IMG/VR virus record: IMGVR_UViG_3300046474_000274
Coordinates: 36,425-100,424 of that record
DNA: 64,000 bases
Direction: 5' to 3' (one strand)
Origin: a virus
Lineage: Duplodnaviria; Heunggongvirae; Uroviricota; Caudoviricetes
Part shown: one piece after another, positions 34,670-42,028 of the stretch
Layout of the letters: each line of letters starts with the position of its first letter
Position numbering within the stretch: position 1 is the first letter of the stretch
The notes under the pieces: model-generated
Database searches by the model: none
Told to the model about the DNA's origin: nothing
The model's input: the letters and a program-made list of their open reading frames with translations, nothing else
Made by a program: the position numbers and the translations under genes

Positions 34670-34915
34670 ATGCAGATCGCCTATCTCGCCGTCACGCTCG
34701 CCATTCTCGGAGGTGGCAAGGTGCCCGAGCCCCAGGTCATCCCGCAGGGCTATTACGACAAGGCGGGCTGCGACGAGTGGAAGTCCAACATGGACAAGCA
34801 GGTAAAGACCACGGTCGACCCTGGCACGGGCCGGCCGCTCATCTCGCAGCAGTTCCTTTGCCAGGTGGTCGACCTTGATGACATGCAGCGGATGATCACC
34901 TCGTTCAAGCAATAG
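34670..34915 (+). CDS. small secreted/lipoprotein-like protein
   Basis: ORF track; N-terminal hydrophobic LAVTLAILGGG. Confidence 0.45.
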   Translation: MQIAYLAVTLAILGGGKVPEPQVIPQGYYDKAGCDEWKSNMDKQVKTTVDPGTGRPLISQQFLCQVVDLDDMQRMITSFKQ

Positions 34916-34946
34916 CAAAACGGCCCGTTTGGCGGGCCGTTGGCTC

Positions 34947-35153
34947 TTACTGATCTGTATCCACGGGGAATATTTCCGCTCCGTGGAAGTAGGCTTCACG
35001 AAGGAACTGACCTAAGTCAACCTCGGATTCTGCCAAGAAGCGCCCGATATTAAAGGCAATTTCCCGTTGTCTAAAATGCTCCTCGACGGCACAAATAACA
35101 GTCGCCTGAAGCTCCGATATTTGCCCTTCGAAATAGCCGCGCGTCATTGTTTT
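34947..35153 (-). CDS. small hypothetical protein, paralogue B (68 aa from the internal ATG; ORF extends to 35213)
   Basis: ORF track 34947..35213; GGGGGAGG RBS before the internal ATG; C-terminal ...VDLGQFLREAYFHGAEIFPV parallels paralogue A. Confidence 0.5.
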   Translation of the reverse strand, partial: KTMTRGYFEGQISELQATVICAVEEHFRQREIAFNIGRFLAESEVDLGQFLREAYFHGAEIFPVDTDQ

Positions 35154-35380
35154 TGTTCTCCATTTTCCCAGCACCTCCCCCTCGTTCGTCGGTGATTGAT
35201 GAGGAGATCCCAAGCGGCCTAATGATCCGATCCTTAACGCTTTGGCAACTGTTATATTCAGAAATTCTACCCAGGGTTAACGCGGATTCTACGCGCTGCC
35301 GTCGCTCTTTCGCTATAAGTGATTTCGTAACGAAACGCGCTATATGCGCGACTGCTGACACATAATTTAAGGAAATCTTC

Positions 35381-35698
35381 ATGACCGACCAGAACAACAT
35401 TTTCACGTCGTCCGAACCGGTCACGTCTAAGCTTATCGAGCCTGGTGATGTTGCCCTGCTCATCAAGAAGGACGGCACCGTCCAGCCGCTGACGTTCGGC
35501 TACGACTGCAGCAGGCTCACGCAGCCGGACGCGGCTCTCACCGACGAGGACAAGAAGATGCTCGAGCAGGGTCAGAAGCTGTTCGCCCTCGCCTTTGCGG
35601 CCGGTCATCCCAAGCTGATGCAGACGCTGATCGATATCGCCTCTGATCCCGAGGTTGTCGATCTTCAGACGCTCCGCGCCGCGACGACCCGGCACTAA
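35381..35698 (+). CDS. hypothetical protein
   Basis: ORF track; AAGGAAA RBS; variant promoter cassette with a TTTCGTAACGAAA palindrome. Confidence 0.55.
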   Translation: MTDQNNIFTSSEPVTSKLIEPGDVALLIKKDGTVQPLTFGYDCSRLTQPDAALTDEDKKMLEQGQKLFALAFAAGHPKLMQTLIDIASDPEVVDLQTLRAATTRH

Positions 35699-35704
35699 TC
35701 CGTG

Positions 35705-35962
35705 ATGGCAATGAACGTGACCAATCGACAGCGGCTGGAATTTGCAGCCGCTGGGTTCCTCGCCGAGATGCGCAAGCAATGGGCCAAGCTCCACCCCGAG
35801 GATCCCTGCCCCATTAAGAACCTCGCCGACTATCCCGAGAAGGAGCGGTCGGCGCTGATGGCTGGTGTCCAGAAGGCCGTGCAATACGCCGGCCCCGACA
35901 CCGACAACGCCTTCGCGGCCTGGATCGCGAAGCGGGAAGAAGTCAGTCCGCACACGACCTGA
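35705..35962 (+). CDS. hypothetical protein
   Basis: ORF track 35702..35962. Confidence 0.5.
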   Translation: MAMNVTNRQRLEFAAAGFLAEMRKQWAKLHPEDPCPIKNLADYPEKERSALMAGVQKAVQYAGPDTDNAFAAWIAKREEVSPHTT

Positions 35963-35980
35963 TGCGCTCCCAATGTCGTT

Positions 35981-36011
35981 TGCGCTATAAAGTAAGTAAG
36001 CAATTACTTAG
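35981..36011 (+). promoter_or_regulatory. promoter cassette copy (GCGCTATAAAGTAAGTAAGCAATTACTTAG)
   Basis: Family member. Confidence 0.65.
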
Positions 36012-36024
36012 GAAGGAACGCGAC

Positions 36025-36351
36025 ATGCTTCTGCCCATGCTCATGAACATCGCTCTCGGATCTGGAAAGCTCCAGGTCGACGAGGACGGGAAGAACTACC
36101 GGCTGGTCACCAAGAACCTCGGCGTCGTCGAGGTGCTGGCGAAGATCGACAAGGAAGCGATCTATCAGATGGCCCGGACGCCCGAGATGCCTGCCACGCG
36201 CGAGGAAGCCGTGCAGCAGGCGGCAGCGAAATTCGAGGCCGACGTTAGCGATGAGTCCAAGGTTCTCGCTGGCGAGCCTGTGCCGCTCCCTGTGCGGCGT
36301 CCTGCTCGCCAGAAGCCGCAGCTCGCCCTCATTCAGGGCGGTGCAGCATGA
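36025..36351 (+). CDS. hypothetical protein
   Basis: In frame with ORF 35962..36351; ATG after the promoter cassette and GGAAGGAA. Confidence 0.5.
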   Translation: MLLPMLMNIALGSGKLQVDEDGKNYRLVTKNLGVVEVLAKIDKEAIYQMARTPEMPATREEAVQQAAAKFEADVSDESKVLAGEPVPLPVRRPARQKPQLALIQGGAA

Positions 36352-36578
36352 GCGCCCGCCTGCTTGCCGAGGTCCAGCGCCGGCACAAGGCTGAGAACGA
36401 GAGGACGCCAACCCGCAACATGTTTGTAAAGCTCCACGTTGGCCAGGAGATCTTCAAGGGCTGGATCACCAAGATCGATCCGGCAGGCGGATATGTCGAG
36501 CTATCCCGCGACCGTAACGACGGCGGGTTGATCCTCATCGAAATGGATCGCATCGTCGCGGTCATGCCGAATTGGTGA
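36348..36578 (+). CDS. hypothetical protein
   Basis: ORF track. Confidence 0.5.
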   Translation: MSARLLAEVQRRHKAENERTPTRNMFVKLHVGQEIFKGWITKIDPAGGYVELSRDRNDGGLILIEMDRIVAVMPNW

Positions 36579-36581
36579 CCC

Positions 36582-37244
36582 ATGGTCAATATGAGCGAGT
36601 GGCTCCTCGACACCGAAGGTTGGTCAAAGGAGTTGTTGAGCGGGATCATTGCGCTGCCAAGTCGCGGCGCCGGTAAGAGCGTCTTCCAGCAGCTCTATAT
36701 GCAGCGGCCGCGTATCGATAAAGGCATCCGCGGCGCTACGGTCAACACCATCGTTGTCGACGAAGCCGCATCTGCCTTTACCGTCGATATTCTCCGCAAT
36801 GCGATTGAACACATCGAGCTCCGGCGTGACCGCCTCTCGTGGGAAGACTTCCCCAAGTTTGGTCCAATCCCGACCGCGAAGGTGGACGGTAAATGGCTCT
36901 CCCGCGATGACGTGAAGGCGACCTTTAAGGATGAGAAGCATCCCAGCGCCGACACCTACCTGGTGCTGGAAAAGCTCGACAGGAAGGATCCTCGCCATCC
37001 TAACCCGGCAGCCGGCACCCAGAGGCTTTGGTATGTCCTGCAGGGTCAGAAGCGCGTCCAGGTCAAGAACCTGTCCCAGGGCCAGGGGCGCGCCCGTGCG
37101 ATGCATCTGGCCGAGATCAAGCGGATCGAGGATGCGAAGGCTGCGGCCGAGCGCGAGCGTCTGATCGCTGCAACCGAAGCCTACGAGAAGGCACAGCGCG
37201 AACATGAACACCTAACCAACCTGCCGGCATTTGGAGGCTTCTGA
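36582..37244 (+). CDS. hypothetical protein with C-terminal ...LPAFGGF
   Basis: ORF track. Confidence 0.55.
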   Translation: MVNMSEWLLDTEGWSKELLSGIIALPSRGAGKSVFQQLYMQRPRIDKGIRGATVNTIVVDEAASAFTVDILRNAIEHIELRRDRLSWEDFPKFGPIPTAKVDGKWLSRDDVKATFKDEKHPSADTYLVLEKLDRKDPRHPNPAAGTQRLWYVLQGQKRVQVKNLSQGQGRARAMHLAEIKRIEDAKAAAERERLIAATEAYEKAQREHEHLTNLPAFGGF

Positions 37245-37591
37245 TGACCGAAGACGAGAAGAAGACCCGCATCCGCGAGCTTAACGACGAACTGCGCGCC
37301 AAGCGCCTTGTGCGCAACGGCAAGATCATCATCACCGGCGATCTGACCAACGAGGTCGACGACCGTGGGAAGATCATGGCGATCCTCGACGCCATCCGGG
37401 ACTTCAACGACTTTCCGAAGGGCAATGATCCCTATCTCGAGCACGACTTCGGCAGGTTCGCCGTCGGCGATGACACGTTCATCTTCAAGATCGACTACTA
37501 CGCCCTGGACGAGGCGACCCTTTCCCCTCACCCCGAGGATCCCGCGACCACGATCAGGGTTATGTCGGTCTTCTACGCCCACGACTATTGA
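37244..37591 (+). CDS. hypothetical protein
   Basis: ORF track. Confidence 0.55.
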   Translation: MTEDEKKTRIRELNDELRAKRLVRNGKIIITGDLTNEVDDRGKIMAILDAIRDFNDFPKGNDPYLEHDFGRFAVGDDTFIFKIDYYALDEATLSPHPEDPATTIRVMSVFYAHDY

Positions 37592-37599
37592 CTGCCATG

Positions 37600-37668
37600 T
37601 GAGCTGCGCTCGTTACCGAGCGCACTCCTACACGTTTTGCGCTATAAGCTAAGTAAGAGCTTACTTAT
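37600..37668 (+). promoter_or_regulatory. hairpin TGCGCTCG..CGAGCGCA followed by GCGCTATAAGCTAAGTAAGAGCTTACTTAT
   Basis: Family member. Confidence 0.65.
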
Positions 37669-37683
37669 AACACGGAGAAGACA

Positions 37684-37902
37684 ATGCCAGATGCCAACGT
37701 TCTCGACGCCCTGTTTGAGGCGGCGCTCGAACATGAGTTCTTCCCAAAAGGCACGATCATCAAGCGTCGTTTCGAAGGCGCTCATGGCCCTGGGTCCACT
37801 CACGACATCCTCTTTGAGGATCAGAGGACCGGCAAGACCTATCGGATCACGGCCGAGCTGCAGCCGACGCCTGTCGATTACGGCCGCTCCGTAGGCGCCT
37901 GA
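37684..37902 (+). CDS. hypothetical protein
   Basis: ORF track; promoter cassette upstream. Confidence 0.5.
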   Translation: MPDANVLDALFEAALEHEFFPKGTIIKRRFEGAHGPGSTHDILFEDQRTGKTYRITAELQPTPVDYGRSVGA

Positions 37903-37906
37903 GACG

Positions 37907-38194
37907 ATGAGCAAGCGGGTCAAGGTCGGCGATATCGAGGTCGGGGTGATGAGGAATCCTCTTCCCGAGAAAACCAATTGGATCGTCTACCGCTACCGGC
38001 CCCGGACCAACGAATACCTATCGAAGCAGGATGCCTACACCGACGTTCAGGCGGAAAACCTATTCACGCTGGTCATCGGACAGGAAGAACTTCGGCAGAA
38101 GCGGGCGGCGTTAGCGGCGTCTGCAGTGATGAGTGAGCCGGACCTGGCGGAAGTGGCTCACTACCAGACACATCCTTTCTTTGCGAGGTTCTGA
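37907..38194 (+). CDS. hypothetical protein with C-terminal ...HPFFARF
   Basis: ORF track. Confidence 0.5.
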   Translation: MSKRVKVGDIEVGVMRNPLPEKTNWIVYRYRPRTNEYLSKQDAYTDVQAENLFTLVIGQEELRQKRAALAASAVMSEPDLAEVAHYQTHPFFARF

Positions 38195-38195
38195 A

Positions 38196-38444
38196 ATGAG
38201 TGTGCAGAAGCGCAAGCGCGACCTGTTGAAGATGGCGCAGTCGATCTGCCCGAAGGCCAAAATAGAGCATTCGGGCCATCACCTAGCCATCACAATCTTC
38301 GGTCCGGAAGGATCTCGGAAGGTGTTCTGCGCATCGACCGCGTCCGACCATCGCGATGCCAAGAATATCAAGCGCGATCTCCTGGGCGCGGCGCGCGCCG
38401 TTGGTCTCGTTGCTAACCGCAATGAGCCTCCCGCATCCCAATAA
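38196..38444 (+). CDS. hypothetical protein
   Basis: In frame with ORF 38133..38444. Confidence 0.5.
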   Translation: MSVQKRKRDLLKMAQSICPKAKIEHSGHHLAITIFGPEGSRKVFCASTASDHRDAKNIKRDLLGAARAVGLVANRNEPPASQ

Positions 38445-38495
38445 TCAGCGCATTAGAATGCGAATATAAGCAACGTCTACACGAGGAAAGCTCCG

Positions 38496-39050
38496 ATGAA
38501 CCGTTATTCCGTGCATGGCGAGAACATGATCGCCAAGGCCGACCTGTTCGCCTTCGCCGCGCATACCGCGATCGGCCAGGTCCGCAAATACACTAACGAG
38601 CCCTATATTGATCATCCGCGCGCAGTCGCCGATATGGTGAGGGCTCTGCCGGATCACACCTGGCAGCAGGTCGTCCTGGCGCTGATCCACGACACGGTCG
38701 AGGATACGAAGATCGAGATGAGCCACGTCCGGGCGGTATTCGGCGAGGAGATCGCCGACGGGCTCTATTATCTGACCAATGTCGAACCCAGCGCCGGCAA
38801 TCGTGCGCGCCGGCATTACCTCAACTGCGAGCGGCTGCGGAACTCGCCCGCCCGTGTGGCGACGGTCAAGTGCCTCGACATCTTCCACAACACCGCGCGG
38901 ATCGCCGAGCTCGATCCGACTTTCGCGCCACAGTATCTGCGTGAGAAGGCCGAGGCGCTGGAGTCGCTGCGTCACGCCGACAATATCGTCTGGCGCATGA
39001 CCTGGGAGCAGATTGCCAACGCCGCACTTGCCGTAGGGGCCGCCTCATGA
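38496..39050 (+). CDS. SpoT/RelA-type HD-domain hydrolase (small alarmone hydrolase-like)
   Basis: ORF track; EPYIDHPRAVA...LIHDTVEDT aligns with the SpoT HD region EPYITHPVAVA...LLHDVIEDT. Confidence 0.75.
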   Translation: MNRYSVHGENMIAKADLFAFAAHTAIGQVRKYTNEPYIDHPRAVADMVRALPDHTWQQVVLALIHDTVEDTKIEMSHVRAVFGEEIADGLYYLTNVEPSAGNRARRHYLNCERLRNSPARVATVKCLDIFHNTARIAELDPTFAPQYLREKAEALESLRHADNIVWRMTWEQIANAALAVGAAS

Positions 39051-39586
39051 CCGACACCATCGCCGTTCACCATATCGAAGAGGTGCCGGGCGGTGCCTCC
39101 CTTCAGGTCATTTCGATCGAGGACAAGCTCGAGGGCGACAGGTTCTTCGTGCGCCTGGCCGAAGGCATGGAGTTCGAGGACACGCCCTTCGAGGACTATC
39201 CGCAAGCCTACGCGCATTGGCGCAACGTGTTGCGGACCCTCGGCATCACGGTCGCTTATGTGGCGCCAGTGGTCGAGTTCATCGACATGTCAGCGCCGGC
39301 TGACGTTCGCGGCGCCGTGGAGATCTATTTCGAGTTCCACAGCCATCTCAATCGACTTCGCGCCGGCACGGATGAGGCGACGGCGATCAGGGACAAGTAT
39401 CTGACCGACCCGGAGTTCATCGACAACGTCGCCGAGATCCTCGAGCTCGCCGGCTCCAACGGTTCCGATTGGGTCGCCGCGACCATCCGCACTGCCTGCC
39501 GGCGGGTGATGGCCCGTGAGCAGATGGCCCATAAGAAGTCCGTCGAGGAGCACCTGGGCGGCCTGTCGACCTTCGGCGCATTCTAG
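39047..39586 (+). CDS. hypothetical protein with C-terminal ...LSTFGAF
   Basis: ORF track. Confidence 0.55.
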   Translation: MTDTIAVHHIEEVPGGASLQVISIEDKLEGDRFFVRLAEGMEFEDTPFEDYPQAYAHWRNVLRTLGITVAYVAPVVEFIDMSAPADVRGAVEIYFEFHSHLNRLRAGTDEATAIRDKYLTDPEFIDNVAEILELAGSNGSDWVAATIRTACRRVMAREQMAHKKSVEEHLGGLSTFGAF

Positions 39587-39616
39587 TGGGAAGTGCTGCT
39601 CAGCAGCAGCCCCCTT

Positions 39617-39658
39617 GTCATCACCTACCGCGTTCCAACGCTGTTTTCGCTACAAATG
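39617..39658 (+). promoter_or_regulatory. GTCATCACCTACCGCGTTCCAACGC...GCTACAAATG element upstream of the gene at 39697
   Basis: Second motif family. Confidence 0.5.
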
Positions 39659-39696
39659 AATTGCAAGCGATGCAAATAGCAGAGGAGTGAGCGCTG

Positions 39697-40113
39697 ATGG
39701 TGAACGTGCCGAATGCCAAGCGCGTCATCGCGTCAATTAGAGGGCTTTTGCCCGAGACGCAGAACCTGGGCTTCAACATGGGCGGCTATGTCTACCCGAC
39801 GAGCGAAGCCCTGCCTGATCATAGCGGTCACAATCTCGAATGGGTCGCATGCGTCTGCGGCCACGCCTACATCCTCGAGACCGGGTGTTCCTTCCAGCAG
39901 GCTAAGGACGAGGAACCCGATGAGATCGAGGAAATCGCCCAGCTCTATCTGGGGCTAAGCCATGAGCAGGCAAATGCCCTGTTTTTCGATCTGCCCGATC
40001 ACCTGACGCTCGCCTGGATCCCGCTCGACCATGTGGTCGCAGTGCTGGAACGGCTGATCGCGACTGGCGAGGTCAACTGGATCCTGGAGGAAGCCCATGC
40101 CGAAGCTGCATGA
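39697..40113 (+). CDS. hypothetical protein
   Basis: ORF track; GGAGTGAG RBS. Confidence 0.55.
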   Translation: MVNVPNAKRVIASIRGLLPETQNLGFNMGGYVYPTSEALPDHSGHNLEWVACVCGHAYILETGCSFQQAKDEEPDEIEEIAQLYLGLSHEQANALFFDLPDHLTLAWIPLDHVVAVLERLIATGEVNWILEEAHAEAA

Positions 40114-40387
40114 CGGCTGGACGCAGCTCCAAGGCGTCTCCGGTGCCGGCTGGGATATCTGGGCAGGCACCAGTCCTTACATGCCGGAGGGCTCGCGCTT
40201 TGCGATGTTCCGGCGCCGCATCGCCGAGGAGGAGACCTACACCAGAGGGCTCATCTACCCGACGCTGACGCAGGTGCAGGCCGCGATCTATCAGATCCGG
40301 CTTCAATTCGAGCGCGGCAAATACCAATTCGAAGACCTCTTTCCCAATGAGGTCATCATCGATCATCCCAATTTCGGAGCATTCTGA
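40097..40387 (+). CDS. hypothetical protein with C-terminal ...HPNFGAF
   Basis: ORF track. Confidence 0.5.
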   Translation: MPKLHDGWTQLQGVSGAGWDIWAGTSPYMPEGSRFAMFRRRIAEEETYTRGLIYPTLTQVQAAIYQIRLQFERGKYQFEDLFPNEVIIDHPNFGAF

Positions 40388-40746
40388 TGAAGGTCTATCT
40401 CGCAGCCATCACTCATAAGCAGGGCATCAACCTCTATGCTGGCGCTTCCAAGGAAGAGCTGCTCTCCCAGCTCGCCGGTTATGTCCGTGAACAGGGCGGC
40501 CCGGTCGAATGGGCAGGCTCCTATGAGCCGGCAAGCCAGGACGAAATCGACGCTATGACCGACGAGAAGGTCGTGGAGCTGTATTTCGAAGGTCATCCGT
40601 CAGAGTTCATCGATGAGGATTCGTCCGAGATCTCCGAGTCGGTATGGCTCGTTTCGAGCCCCGGTGGCGCTGCGTCGAAGGCCGCCTGGGACGATTCCTA
40701 TCGTCCGCAGGGCACGGCAATTTCCAGCCAGGAGCGGAAGCATTGA
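40387..40746 (+). CDS. hypothetical acidic protein
   Basis: ORF track. Confidence 0.5.
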   Translation: MKVYLAAITHKQGINLYAGASKEELLSQLAGYVREQGGPVEWAGSYEPASQDEIDAMTDEKVVELYFEGHPSEFIDEDSSEISESVWLVSSPGGAASKAAWDDSYRPQGTAISSQERKH

Positions 40747-41177
40747 GCGACACCACTGAACCGACCAGCATCTGGACCAAGTTGAAGCTGGATCCTGACC
40801 TGGTGCCCTTCATCGTGCTCTCGCCGCTGGACATCGCCCAGATGGCCGAGCTTGCTGCGTGCGCGGAGGATCCCGTTGCCTGGCTGACCGAAGAGCTGCA
40901 CAAGCGCGGCCGGCGCCGGAGGGATATCAAGGCGGTGTTCAGGGCGCAGCGCATGGCCGAGGACGCGCGCCGGATCAAGGATTCGTCGCACTGGCCCTCC
41001 TACCCGATCCTGCCGCTGAAGTCGCAGCCGTGGGTCACTGAGGCCAATAACGGCCTTATGAAGTTCGGCTACATCAACGAGGCGAACCGGCTGATCGTCA
41101 TGGACAAGCCTGCCGGCAAGACCCTGAAGGTCTACGCCTCGGTCGAGGAGCTGGTCGAAGAATGGAGCGTGGACTGA
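40743..41177 (+). CDS. hypothetical protein (probable TTG start)
   Basis: In frame with ORF 40644..41177; no upstream ATG after the preceding stop. Confidence 0.45.
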   Translation: MSDTTEPTSIWTKLKLDPDLVPFIVLSPLDIAQMAELAACAEDPVAWLTEELHKRGRRRRDIKAVFRAQRMAEDARRIKDSSHWPSYPILPLKSQPWVTEANNGLMKFGYINEANRLIVMDKPAGKTLKVYASVEELVEEWSVD

Positions 41178-41503
41178 TGAGCGAAACCATCATCCAGCGC
41201 CCTATCGGCACGCCGTTATATTTCGTCCCGATCCGCTATTGGGAGGCTGAGCCGATTGAGACCGGCACTGTTGCGCTTCATATCGGCGTAGAGGACGAGA
41301 TTTGGGATTCCTTTACCAAGGATGGCTTCGTCTACGCCTATCACAATGACTACGGGCACGAGGTCTATATGCGGGCGGCCGACACCTTTCTGACCGTTGA
41401 GGCTGCGATGGAGGAGCGCGACCGGCGCGCCCTTGCCCGCAAGATCGAGCAAGAAGCCGAGCTTGAGGCATTCATGTTGCGGGTATTTCCTGACCATCGA
41501 TAA
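41177..41503 (+). CDS. hypothetical protein
   Basis: ORF track 41162..41503. Confidence 0.5.
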   Translation: MSETIIQRPIGTPLYFVPIRYWEAEPIETGTVALHIGVEDEIWDSFTKDGFVYAYHNDYGHEVYMRAADTFLTVEAAMEERDRRALARKIEQEAELEAFMLRVFPDHR

Positions 41504-41546
41504 GAGGTAGTTATCGATGGTTAGATGCGCCGCCCGCGACTCCCAT

Positions 41547-41592
41547 GGCTAACGGAAGCGACGACTCCAGCCGCTTCCGTTAACCTTTCATT
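41547..41592. terminator. bidirectional terminator (AACGGAAGCG..CGCTTCCGTT then TTTCATT) between convergent genes
   Basis: 10-bp stem. Confidence 0.6.
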
Positions 41593-41614
41593 AAGCCTAA
41601 ATTTCAATGGTTTA

Positions 41615-41902
41615 TTAACGCGGCAACTGCCCCAGGATCCACTTGTTTCCCTCGCGGTTTCCGCAGCTCCGACACCGCAGCCGGGGTGCGAGCGAACTTA
41701 GGTAGGTCTGCTTGCCCCATTTCTGCGACAGCTCCCAGCGGAGGAGCCACCCTTCCCGCTCGCACTTCGAGCAGTGCCCGCCGAGGGCGTGCCATTCCGG
41801 GATGTCGTCAAGGGTCGTGTGCGCCGGATCCATTACTGGACCCAGGTAGACGATCTCGTCGCGCCGTGGGCGGCCGAGCTGTATACCGCGGCGATGTTTC
41901 AT
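41615..41902 (-). CDS. Zn-ribbon protein (CxxC-x30-CxxC) on the minus strand between a bidirectional terminator and a bidirectional promoter palindrome; candidate transcription factor
   Basis: ORF track 41615..41929; ATG 41902 follows AGGAA. Confidence 0.5.
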   Translation of the reverse strand: MKHRRGIQLGRPRRDEIVYLGPVMDPAHTTLDDIPEWHALGGHCSKCEREGWLLRWELSQKWGKQTYLSSLAPRLRCRSCGNREGNKWILGQLPR

Positions 41903-41957
41903 GTTCCTAATTTGTTCATGCGACCCCAAAGAGTCAATGGTGCTTTGCTTCGGGGCG

Positions 41958-41981
41958 GAATAAGTAAGTGTTTACTTACCT
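41958..41981. promoter_or_regulatory. palindrome-only copy GGAATAAGTAAGTGTTTACTTACC lying between divergent genes (minus-strand Zn-ribbon gene and +strand tail fibre gene)
   Basis: Symmetric core, so it may act in both directions. Confidence 0.5.
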
Positions 41982-42028
41982 CACCTGGGCCAGTAAAATC
42001 AGGCTCTCTGGAACCGGACACCACACCC

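Noticed and set aside
35071-35478. 135-aa minus-strand ORF overlapping paralogue B
   Set aside because: Overlaps, in another frame, the minus-strand gene that has a paralogue and a strong RBS. Extends across the divergent promoter. Considered spurious.
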